A stretch of 64,000 nucleotides of DNA. Source: a phage. The notes beneath the pieces were generated by a model. It ran no database searches. It saw only the letters and a program-made list of their open reading frames with translations, and had not been told where the DNA came from. Positions 1 to 6,923 of this stretch are shown here, one piece after another. The stretch lies in sequence record PZ386967.1, one strand, 5' to 3'. Numbering within the stretch: the stretch's first letter is position 1; each line of letters opens with the position of its first letter. The position numbers and the translations under genes were made by a program.

Positions 1-174
1 ATCACCGAAGTCCGTGCCCTGAACAAGACACTGTCTAAAGTGGTGTATGGTATCGTTGCTGGCCACGGCTGGTTCACCGACCTCGACCTGGAAGAGTCCA
101 CCATGGAAGTTGAAGTGGATGGCGTGAAGTACAAGGTCACTGCCGAACTGACAGAGAAAGAAATCAAAATCTAA
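1..174 (+). CDS. 3-prime fragment of a CDS running in from upstream (hypothetical protein)
   Basis: Open frame from position 1 to TAA at 172-174; followed by a GC hairpin plus T-run. Confidence 0.4.
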   Translation: MTEVRALNKTLSKVVYGIVAGHGWFTDLDLEESTMEVEVDGVKYKVTAELTEKEIKI

Positions 175-182
175 TCCAACGG

Positions 183-206
183 GCGGGGCAACCCGCCTTT
201 CTTTGG
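183..206 (+). terminator. Putative rho-independent terminator
   Basis: GGGCGGGG-caa-CCCGCC stem-loop followed by TTTCTTT immediately after the upstream stop; coordinates approximate. Confidence 0.4.
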
Positions 207-216
207 GAGAAGTAGC

Positions 217-540
217 ATGAGCAGTAAACCAACATATGTTGAAGTCATGCGTCATCTGGCTCAGTACGCCACTGACAATCTGAACTTGGATCTGTGGCGT
301 GACGATGACAAGCGCAAATTGCTGGACGACGTGGCATCTCAGAACGAGGACGCCCTAGACAAGCTGGCTGGCCTCCGCACCAAGAAAGACCTCGGCGGTG
401 ATGAACTGGACGCTATCGAAATTGTAATGGACCTCGAAGAAGAGTTTCAGGTCGAAATCGACGATGGTTGGCTGGGCAGTAAAGGTGATGACCCGACCAT
501 GGGTGAACTCGCTGAACTCGTGGTTGCCCTGCGCAAATAA
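217..540 (+). CDS. Acidic acyl-carrier-protein-like protein; carrier Ser position is Glu
   Basis: Segment DLGGDELDAIEIVMDLEEEFQVEI closely matches the ACP phosphopantetheine-site helix ([20 protein letters not shown]) but has DEL instead of DSL. Confidence 0.5.
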   Translation: MSSKPTYVEVMRHLAQYATDNLNLDLWRDDDKRKLLDDVASQNEDALDKLAGLRTKKDLGGDELDAIEIVMDLEEEFQVEIDDGWLGSKGDDPTMGELAELVVALRK

Positions 541-545
541 CAGAA

Positions 546-611
546 GTCCCCAACAAACGTTGGGGATTTTTACTTTTAGGGGTTTACTTCTATAATGTAA
601 ATGCGTATTAT
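546..611 (+). promoter_or_regulatory. Terminator hairpin fused to early-type promoter (TTTACT-N17-TATTAT), repeat copy 1
   Basis: CCCCAACAAACGTTGGGG hairpin plus T-run, then TTTACT, 17 nt spacer, TATTAT; about 45 bp near-identical to 903-948. Confidence 0.5.
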
Positions 612-660
612 TGAATTCATAGAGCGGGGCGTTCCTGTTCATTGAAAGAAGGTATACATT

Positions 661-885
661 ATGTCTGCTATATCATGTGTTGTTGATCTCACCCCATTTT
701 GCCTGAACAATATTGCTAACCCTAAATTGGTCTTGTTTAAGGATCCCTCTAATTTCTGCTGGCTGGCAAGTTGTGATACCAACAACGGGCGTCGTGCTGT
801 TTGGGAGTTTCCCGCAACTGATGAAGGCAGAATTTCTGCTATAAGAAAATTAGAACTAGAAAATTCAAGCCGAGAAATTAAATAG
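661..885 (+). CDS. Hypothetical small protein
   Basis: ORF downstream of promoter copy 1. Confidence 0.35.
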   Translation: MSAISCVVDLTPFCLNNIANPKLVLFKDPSNFCWLASCDTNNGRRAVWEFPATDEGRISAIRKLELENSSREIK

Positions 886-902
886 GCATAACTTTTATTA
901 AA

Positions 903-968
903 TCCCCAACAAACGTTGGGGATTTTTAACTTTTAGGGGTTTACTTCCTTTAAGGAATGTCCTATTAT
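903..968 (+). promoter_or_regulatory. Terminator hairpin fused to early-type promoter, repeat copy 2
   Basis: Same hairpin and TTTACT-N17-TATTAT as 546-611. Confidence 0.5.
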
Positions 969-1019
969 TCAATAACTGGCGAACGATGGGTTCACCGGGT
1001 TGAAAGGTAAGATTATATC

Positions 1020-1259
1020 ATGAAGAACAAAATGGTCGAAACTTCAGTAGAGATTGATCGCAATTGGGGATTGCTCCGCGCTAAAGGGTTCCGTCGTGTG
1101 TATGCGACCAAAGAAGTCTACGCACAGCGCCGTGACGTTATCATCAGCAAGAAAGGCAAAGAGTGGGTTGCTGAAGAAGTTGATGTCGAGACAGGCATCG
1201 TAGGAAAGGTAAAGGCCAAGGCCGTGATCCTCTTCGCTCTTCTGAAGCACATCAGTTAA
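1020..1259 (+). CDS. Hypothetical protein
   Basis: ORF with ATG preceded by purine-rich stretch; downstream of promoter copy 2. Confidence 0.4.
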   Translation: MKNKMVETSVEIDRNWGLLRAKGFRRVYATKEVYAQRRDVIISKKGKEWVAEEVDVETGIVGKVKAKAVILFALLKHIS

Positions 1260-1318
1260 TTCTATAACTTTGGGCGGGGTATGATTACCCCGTCTATTTG
1301 AAATGCAGGAACTATACC

Positions 1319-1825
1319 ATGACCGATCAACAAATTCAAGATTTATTTTACCTCGTCCATGATAAGTCCCACATCATGCGCCCCGGTACTGTTTCCCCTG
1401 CCGTCCGTGATCTGGTGCAAGAATTGCGCGAACCACAGACGACCACACTTTATCGCGGGTTGCCTAAAGAGGACGTTGCGCGTTTAGAGATGATGTTTGA
1501 ACGAGGCGACATGTTCCAGACATGGGATTCTTGCCTTAGCTTCAGTGAACTGAAGCATGTGGCCAAAAAATTTTCTAAATCGTACGGAACCCAAGCTGTT
1601 GCCCGCATTTGTTACAAACATCGAAACAGACTCCCGGAGGGGCTTAATGTCTATGGTTCTCTAGAAAAATTTGTGAACAAAGGCGATGAATCAGAAATGG
1701 ATATGCTGGACTTGGCGTCCATGGAGAAAGAATGGATATTCTGCCAGCCTCGCGTCATACCAGTTTCAAGAAAAATGGCAACAGACGGCACGATGGTTTT
1801 TACCGTATCACTTGTTACCCTATAA
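1319..1825 (+). CDS. Hypothetical protein; possible ADP-ribosyltransferase-like (R, S-x-S, E-x-E motif order)
   Basis: Start trimmed to Met after AGGAACTATACC leader; motifs LYRG, WDSCLSFS, EKEW in the order of R-S-E class ARTs such as T4 ModA/ModB; weak. Confidence 0.45.
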   Translation: MTDQQIQDLFYLVHDKSHIMRPGTVSPAVRDLVQELREPQTTTLYRGLPKEDVARLEMMFERGDMFQTWDSCLSFSELKHVAKKFSKSYGTQAVARICYKHRNRLPEGLNVYGSLEKFVNKGDESEMDMLDLASMEKEWIFCQPRVIPVSRKMATDGTMVFTVSLVTL

Positions 1826-1877
1826 ACCCACGGCGGGGTATGATTACCCCGTCTATTTGAAACCAAGAGACTATATC

Positions 1878-2255
1878 ATGAAAAAGTTAATCCTCGCTGT
1901 TGCCCTGCTGGGCGCTTCCTTTGCTGCTGTTTCCGCCCCTCCTGTCATCACCGGAGTGTCTACCAACGGTGTTTATGCTTTCAAGGCGTATGGCCAAGAC
2001 CTCGTTCTGTATAAGAACGGGAAGATGATTGAGCGCTGCGTATCAGACGACGTGAATCGTGGGATCGACAATCAGGGTAGCCCATACGTCCTGGACATCT
2101 ATTCCTGCTCCAACGGGACGAAGTCCTTTGGCGTCAAGACCTTTGGCAACGTCGCCGACGGTGGCTGGGGCTTCATGTTCGAAACCCGCAACCACCACCC
2201 GGTCAAGACCATGCAAGAAGAGTTCTTGATCTCTGTCGGGGGTGGAACATTATGA
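1878..2255 (+). CDS. Secreted protein with N-terminal signal peptide
   Basis: Start trimmed to MKKLILAVALLGASFAAVSA after AGAGACTATATC leader. Confidence 0.5.
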   Translation: MKKLILAVALLGASFAAVSAPPVITGVSTNGVYAFKAYGQDLVLYKNGKMIERCVSDDVNRGIDNQGSPYVLDIYSCSNGTKSFGVKTFGNVADGGWGFMFETRNHHPVKTMQEEFLISVGGGTL

Positions 2256-2539
2256 CGCCTGAACAACGCCGTTCCGTGAAAGTCATGGTGAAAGGTAAGA
2301 CTCAGCTGAGTTATGTCCAGTCTGCCAATGTTGTCCGCCTGATGGAAGTCAAGAACGACATCGACAACTCCCGATTCCAATCGGCACTCTACGGGCTTCT
2401 CGAGTTCGTTCTTCGCCAGGCTGATCTTGGTCCTGTCTATACTCTTGATGATCTGACCAAGCTGTTGAACACGGGCGGGGAAGGTTTCGACACTGCTCGT
2501 ATCCTGATTGACGGTGGACCTAAAGAAGACGAGGTATAA
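2252..2539 (+). CDS. Hypothetical protein
   Basis: ORF with stop/start overlap to upstream gene. Confidence 0.4.
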   Translation: MTPEQRRSVKVMVKGKTQLSYVQSANVVRLMEVKNDIDNSRFQSALYGLLEFVLRQADLGPVYTLDDLTKLLNTGGEGFDTARILIDGGPKEDEV

Positions 2540-2699
2540 TTTGGATAAAGAATTGGTTTGGGAAATTGTGAAGGGTGTCCTAGTAATAATCGCGGTGGTT
2601 TTCATCTTGGGTGGAAACTTCTTCTATTGGTTATTCCGATCCGACCAGAAACGTCGCGAACGCAAGGAGAAAGAGAGAAAGGATCGATGGATGCGCTAA
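2508..2699 (+). CDS. Small membrane protein, start uncertain
   Basis: Hydrophobic segment VKGVLVIIAVVFILGG followed by a basic tail. Confidence 0.3.
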   Translation: MTVDLKKTRYNLDKELVWEIVKGVLVIIAVVFILGGNFFYWLFRSDQKRRERKEKERKDRWMR

Positions 2700-2731
2700 C
2701 TAAGGGATAACCCTATATCCCGAGGTGTGTC

Positions 2732-3181
2732 ATGTTCCTTACATCCTTTATTGACTGGTTGAACATCATTAACGGCCTGAGGATCCCTGTTGGGAACCTC
2801 GGGCTTTCTCGTTCTTCTATGCCGCAAATCGATGCCGACAAACAAGAAGATTTTCACAAATATCTTGAAGACAACGGCGTGTCCATAGATGCTGTGCAAG
2901 TGCCCATCAAAATGCTTCGTCTCACCCAGAACGAAATCAACAAGATGAAGGTCTGGAAGATCATGAAGCAGATCAGAAATAAGAAACCTATGGGTCGAGT
3001 TTGGGTGTCTTCTGACAATTACGTTGTTGACGGTTCTCACCGATTTGTCGCTGCGTTGAACATGGACGGCAAACAGCGCATGAAGGTCTACAAAGTTGAT
3101 TTGCCAGCGATGGAATTTGTTAAACTCGCTAAACAGTTTCAGGGTGTGCGATACAGAACGGTCAGCGATACCCGTTTCTGA
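2732..3181 (+). CDS. ParB/Srx-like nuclease domain protein
   Basis: Motif VVDGSHRFVAA resembles the ParB N-terminal DGxHR signature. Confidence 0.4.
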   Translation: MFLTSFIDWLNIINGLRIPVGNLGLSRSSMPQIDADKQEDFHKYLEDNGVSIDAVQVPIKMLRLTQNEINKMKVWKIMKQIRNKKPMGRVWVSSDNYVVDGSHRFVAALNMDGKQRMKVYKVDLPAMEFVKLAKQFQGVRYRTVSDTRF

Positions 3182-3260
3182 ATACGATAGTTTATTGAAA
3201 CCCTTTACTCATCATGGTGAGCCGCCTATCATTTCATCCAATGAAATAAGGAGAATCACC

Positions 3261-3947
3261 ATGAAACGTTTAATCCTCGGGGTCGTGCTGTCTGGTCTGG
3301 CATTACCCGCCGCTGCTAAGCTGAACCCCACAGGTGATAAACTGTGGTCCGACCTTTCCTATTGTGCTGGGTTCTCCCAGGCGGTTGCCATCGACAAGTC
3401 TGGTTCCATAGAGAACTTCGCTGAACTCTGGAACACAGGCAACGTCTCCACTGCTGTCGTCAATGCCGGAATTGAGTTCAACCGTTACAAACAGGGAGCC
3501 TATAACCTCAAGGGCTACCTCAATGACGACGAATTTAACCGTGGAGGCATGGAGGCTGGCGATTTGATCATGACTGGGCGTATGGGCACCCAAGGCCGAA
3601 TGACCGTAAGACAGTGCCGTTCGCTCCCTTCTCCGGCATTACAGAAGGGTGTGCAGGTTGGTCGCCGCCACCTGAACCTCATCAACGATGGCAACCAGTG
3701 CGTCAAAGTATTCGAATACAGCGCTACGCAGACCTCTGATCGCGTCCTGAAGAAGGAATGGCGCACCCGCGCTCTTGGTCTCAGAGCCTGGCTGGTTGAG
3801 AACGATTATTACTTTGAAGACAGGGTTCAGAACGGTCTGAAAGACCTGGCCACGAATCTGAGCGTGAACCTTGATGATCCTCGCATGTCGCGCGAACTCC
3901 AGCAGACTCGTGTTGACTGCGACAATATGATGAAGGAGAACGAGTGA
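3261..3947 (+). CDS. Secreted protein with signal peptide
   Basis: Start trimmed to MKRLILGVVLSGLALPAAA after AGGAGAATCACC. Confidence 0.5.
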   Translation: MKRLILGVVLSGLALPAAAKLNPTGDKLWSDLSYCAGFSQAVAIDKSGSIENFAELWNTGNVSTAVVNAGIEFNRYKQGAYNLKGYLNDDEFNRGGMEAGDLIMTGRMGTQGRMTVRQCRSLPSPALQKGVQVGRRHLNLINDGNQCVKVFEYSATQTSDRVLKKEWRTRALGLRAWLVENDYYFEDRVQNGLKDLATNLSVNLDDPRMSRELQQTRVDCDNMMKENE

Positions 3948-4273
3948 TGAAATGTAAAATCTTGCTCTTGTTGGTACTGATAGCCGGATGTGTAAACGCC
4001 GCGCCACCGTCCAAACTGAACACATGTGTGGCATGGATGGAGACGTATCAGCAGTTCCACCCAGATGACAAAGACACATCTATCCTCCTGTCTGACTTTG
4101 AGGGAGAGCTGAAGCGCCTTGATCTGTTCAGTGTTGATCAGATAGAGAATGCGCTGGATCTTCCCATGATGCTGACTGCGGCTGATAACAGTCCACAAAC
4201 GAAGAAAGACCTGATGTATTGTCGGGGGATTGCCCAGGACTTTGTCGGATTTCAAAATAAAGTTTCGGGTTAA
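3944..4273 (+). CDS. Putative lipoprotein
   Basis: N-terminus MMKCKILLLLVLIAGC has a lipobox-like LIAGC. Confidence 0.5.
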   Translation: MMKCKILLLLVLIAGCVNAAPPSKLNTCVAWMETYQQFHPDDKDTSILLSDFEGELKRLDLFSVDQIENALDLPMMLTAADNSPQTKKDLMYCRGIAQDFVGFQNKVSG

Positions 4274-4309
4274 AATTTAGCCCTACATTGTGAACTGAAG
4301 GAATACACT

Positions 4310-5179
4310 GTGATGCTCCTGACCAAAACAATCGCTGCGGCGATTATCGAAAAGAATAAGGCTTTTGCCCCCAACGTAGCCAAAGTTATGTTGGTACACG
4401 AAGACGCTCGCGTGATCTTCGCCGAGAAGTTCGAGATGGGCGCGAAGTTCTGGTATGCCGACAACTTACGTGAGAGCAAACTTCAGGGTATCATCCACAA
4501 ACTGACTCTGGTCGCCAAGCGTAATGACCAGGGTGACTGGGTCGGCGTTTCTGACTTCAGTACGAAGATCACCCCAAAGGCTCCGCTTTCTCGTCAAGAG
4601 CGCATTCTGGAAGCCCAGGAAAAGCTGCGTGCGGCTCGGAGTACCACAAAGGCGAAGCCAGATGCAAGCCCTGTCATCAAGCCAGCGGTTGTTCCTAAGT
4701 CCAAATACCTCCCGCCCGTGAGTCAAAAGTCTGTGGAGCAATTGGTTGAGAAGCGCAAGGGTGACGTTGTGATGAAGTCTGACTCTTCAGTGGAGTCGTT
4801 CAAGCCGGATCCAGCAGAAGTACAGGCGCTGGCAGAAAAGGTAAAGAATTCACAATTCATTTCCCTGCGCGAACTTGAACCGCCTACTCGCCGTCGTATC
4901 GCCAACGAGCTGTTTGTGTCGTTCAGGTCGGATGGCAAGATCGTCCTGTGCAAAGCCCTGCGCGATGCAATCCCTTGGACAACTCTGAACATGATGGTCA
5001 CTCGCGACTTCAAGCGTTTTGGTATCATGCAAGGCAAGGACTACAACGTCAACCAGAGCGGGACTTATGTTAATCGCGCCATGTGTGACAAACTGACCTT
5101 CCCAGAAGACACCGGAACGATCCGTGTCGTTCTGAATTGGGATGACAAGCTGAACATGTATGTTGGCGATTTCCAATAA
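4310..5179 (+). CDS. Hypothetical protein
   Basis: 289 aa ORF. Confidence 0.5.
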   Translation: MMLLTKTIAAAIIEKNKAFAPNVAKVMLVHEDARVIFAEKFEMGAKFWYADNLRESKLQGIIHKLTLVAKRNDQGDWVGVSDFSTKITPKAPLSRQERILEAQEKLRAARSTTKAKPDASPVIKPAVVPKSKYLPPVSQKSVEQLVEKRKGDVVMKSDSSVESFKPDPAEVQALAEKVKNSQFISLRELEPPTRRRIANELFVSFRSDGKIVLCKALRDAIPWTTLNMMVTRDFKRFGIMQGKDYNVNQSGTYVNRAMCDKLTFPEDTGTIRVVLNWDDKLNMYVGDFQ

Positions 5180-5235
5180 TCAATAACCTCGGGCGGCTTA
5201 TCATAAAGCTGCCCTTTCATTTGAGAGACTATATC

Positions 5236-5898
5236 ATGGAAAAACTTTATTCTATTATCGTCGGTCCTGATCCTGACGGATTATTCTTCGCCTCGTTGTC
5301 TTATATTGCCCACGCCCGTATCGGTAGCTATTACGCATATTGCACACGTGGCCACGACGGTTCCAATATCCTCCATTATAGCCGCCTGAACGATTTCCTG
5401 GCACTTCAACCAGAAGATGTTGTGCTGGCGCGTCGCGTGTTCATCGACTTCAACGCGATGCACAACAACGAAATCGACGCTCGCTACCATGCCATGCGTT
5501 CTATGGACGGGGGAGATTGCATTTATCGTATCGACCATTTTAGTGAGTTTACCGAATGTATTGATTGGTTTATCTCTGATAAAGTGATGGGTGAAAGAAT
5601 CGTCACAACTCCGTGGGCACATGCGGAACAACTTCGTGTGTCTACCGATGCGTACAAAGAAGTCGACAATCTGTGCAACAAGTTCCGCATCTCGGTGACC
5701 TGTAATCAAGACCTGGGCGAAGAGATACAATGGACAGCTGAGTCTCCTCATTTCAGTGGCCTGGTGATGACGGCCGAAACCCGTTCCCGTGCTGTTGTCC
5801 AGTTAGTACTCTGGGCGTTCTACCAGCGCACCCCGTTCTCGTACATGGGGCAGAAAGAGATTGATGAACTCCTGAAGTCTCACGCGGTGGAGGTGTAA
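5236..5898 (+). CDS. Hypothetical protein
   Basis: Start trimmed to MEKLY after GAGAGACTATATC leader; hairpin terminator upstream. Confidence 0.5.
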   Translation: MEKLYSIIVGPDPDGLFFASLSYIAHARIGSYYAYCTRGHDGSNILHYSRLNDFLALQPEDVVLARRVFIDFNAMHNNEIDARYHAMRSMDGGDCIYRIDHFSEFTECIDWFISDKVMGERIVTTPWAHAEQLRVSTDAYKEVDNLCNKFRISVTCNQDLGEEIQWTAESPHFSGLVMTAETRSRAVVQLVLWAFYQRTPFSYMGQKEIDELLKSHAVEV

Positions 5899-5899
5899 T

Positions 5900-6178
5900 A
5901 TGGCTGGCGTATGGTGTGATGTCTTGCTGGTTCGTTACAGCGTAAATGGGTGTGTCCAAGTGCGTTCCGCCTTCTATCCAGTACCGTTCTCTTCCGGTGG
6001 CCTGACGGTTCAGCGAGTTCTCGATATTGAGGCAGAACTGAACAAAAAGTCTTTTGGTGTACAAGTCCTGGGGTACGATCTTCTGAATGAAATGATGGTT
6101 GAAGAAGACAAAGTTGAGACTGTCATTGGTCGTCAGGAGATGGAATCGTTAATCTCCAAATCGGAGGTCAAATCATGA
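5900..6178 (+). CDS. Hypothetical protein
   Basis: ORF tightly packed after upstream gene. Confidence 0.4.
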   Translation: MAGVWCDVLLVRYSVNGCVQVRSAFYPVPFSSGGLTVQRVLDIEAELNKKSFGVQVLGYDLLNEMMVEEDKVETVIGRQEMESLISKSEVKS

Positions 6179-6426
6179 GTCCCAACATGGCAATAATCTG
6201 GGTTGGTGAATCGTCAATGCGTTGTCCTCACAAGACGATCACCTTCTTGGACGATGAGCGCCTGGCCGAACAACGGGTTGAAGTCCGCGAAATGCAGGTT
6301 TCTTCAAAGGTGGTGAACGTTCCTGTGACTAATATTCAGACTTTTAAGCCTTGCGTCAGAGTGATTTGTGAACGCTGTGGATGTTATGGCACGATGACGA
6401 CTGAAGACGTGGCGAAAGGCTATTAA
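6175..6426 (+). CDS. Hypothetical Cys-containing small protein
   Basis: ORF with overlapping stop/start. Confidence 0.4.
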   Translation: MSPNMAIIWVGESSMRCPHKTITFLDDERLAEQRVEVREMQVSSKVVNVPVTNIQTFKPCVRVICERCGCYGTMTTEDVAKGY

Positions 6427-6516
6427 TTCCGCTTTATTCAATAAAATTTGTTAGTTAAACTGTAGTCCTCTTGTAGTGAACATGAAAGTAAACATTAACC
6501 CAACGGAGAAATCCAG

Positions 6517-6795
6517 ATGAATCGTACTGAATTTGTTGCCCACATTGCTTCGACCCAGAACATCACCAAAGGCGAAGCGGAGAAAGTAGTGGCATCCTTT
6601 ATCAACGGTGTTAAGACTGCAGTTGCTGCAGGCGCATCTGTACAGCTGGTCGGCTTCGGTGCGTTCGAAGTGAAACACCAAGAAGCGCGTGAAGGCCGCA
6701 ACCCTCTGGACGGCCAGACCATTCAGATCGCGGCGAAAAACGTTGTGAAATTCAAAGTGGGCGAAGGTCTGAAGAACGCTGCCAACGGCAAGTAA
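6517..6795 (+). CDS. HU/IHF-family histone-like DNA-binding protein
   Basis: 92 aa; MNRTEFVAHIA, GFGAFEV, REGRNP, KFKVGEGLK are typical HU signatures. Confidence 0.85.
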   Translation: MNRTEFVAHIASTQNITKGEAEKVVASFINGVKTAVAAGASVQLVGFGAFEVKHQEAREGRNPLDGQTIQIAAKNVVKFKVGEGLKNAANGK

Positions 6796-6842
6796 TTCTA
6801 TCTGACGCGCGGCCAGGCTCTGCAATACAGGGCATGGCAAAG

Positions 6843-6876
6843 AGAAAGCCGGAGCATTGTACTCCGGCTTTTTCGT
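6843..6876 (+). terminator. Rho-independent terminator after HU gene
   Basis: AAGCCGGAG-cattgtact-CCGGCTTTTT; coordinates approximate. Confidence 0.5.
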
Positions 6877-6923
6877 TCTTGGGGATCGGGTAAACTATAG
6901 GCGAATCCCATAGGAGGAAGAAA

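Noticed and set aside
1298-1318. N-terminal extensions of track ORFs (for example MKCRNYTM, MRDYIM, MNRRNYIM)
   Set aside because: These arise from reading through the conserved AGGAACTATATC leader; the true start is the Met right after the leader, so starts were trimmed.
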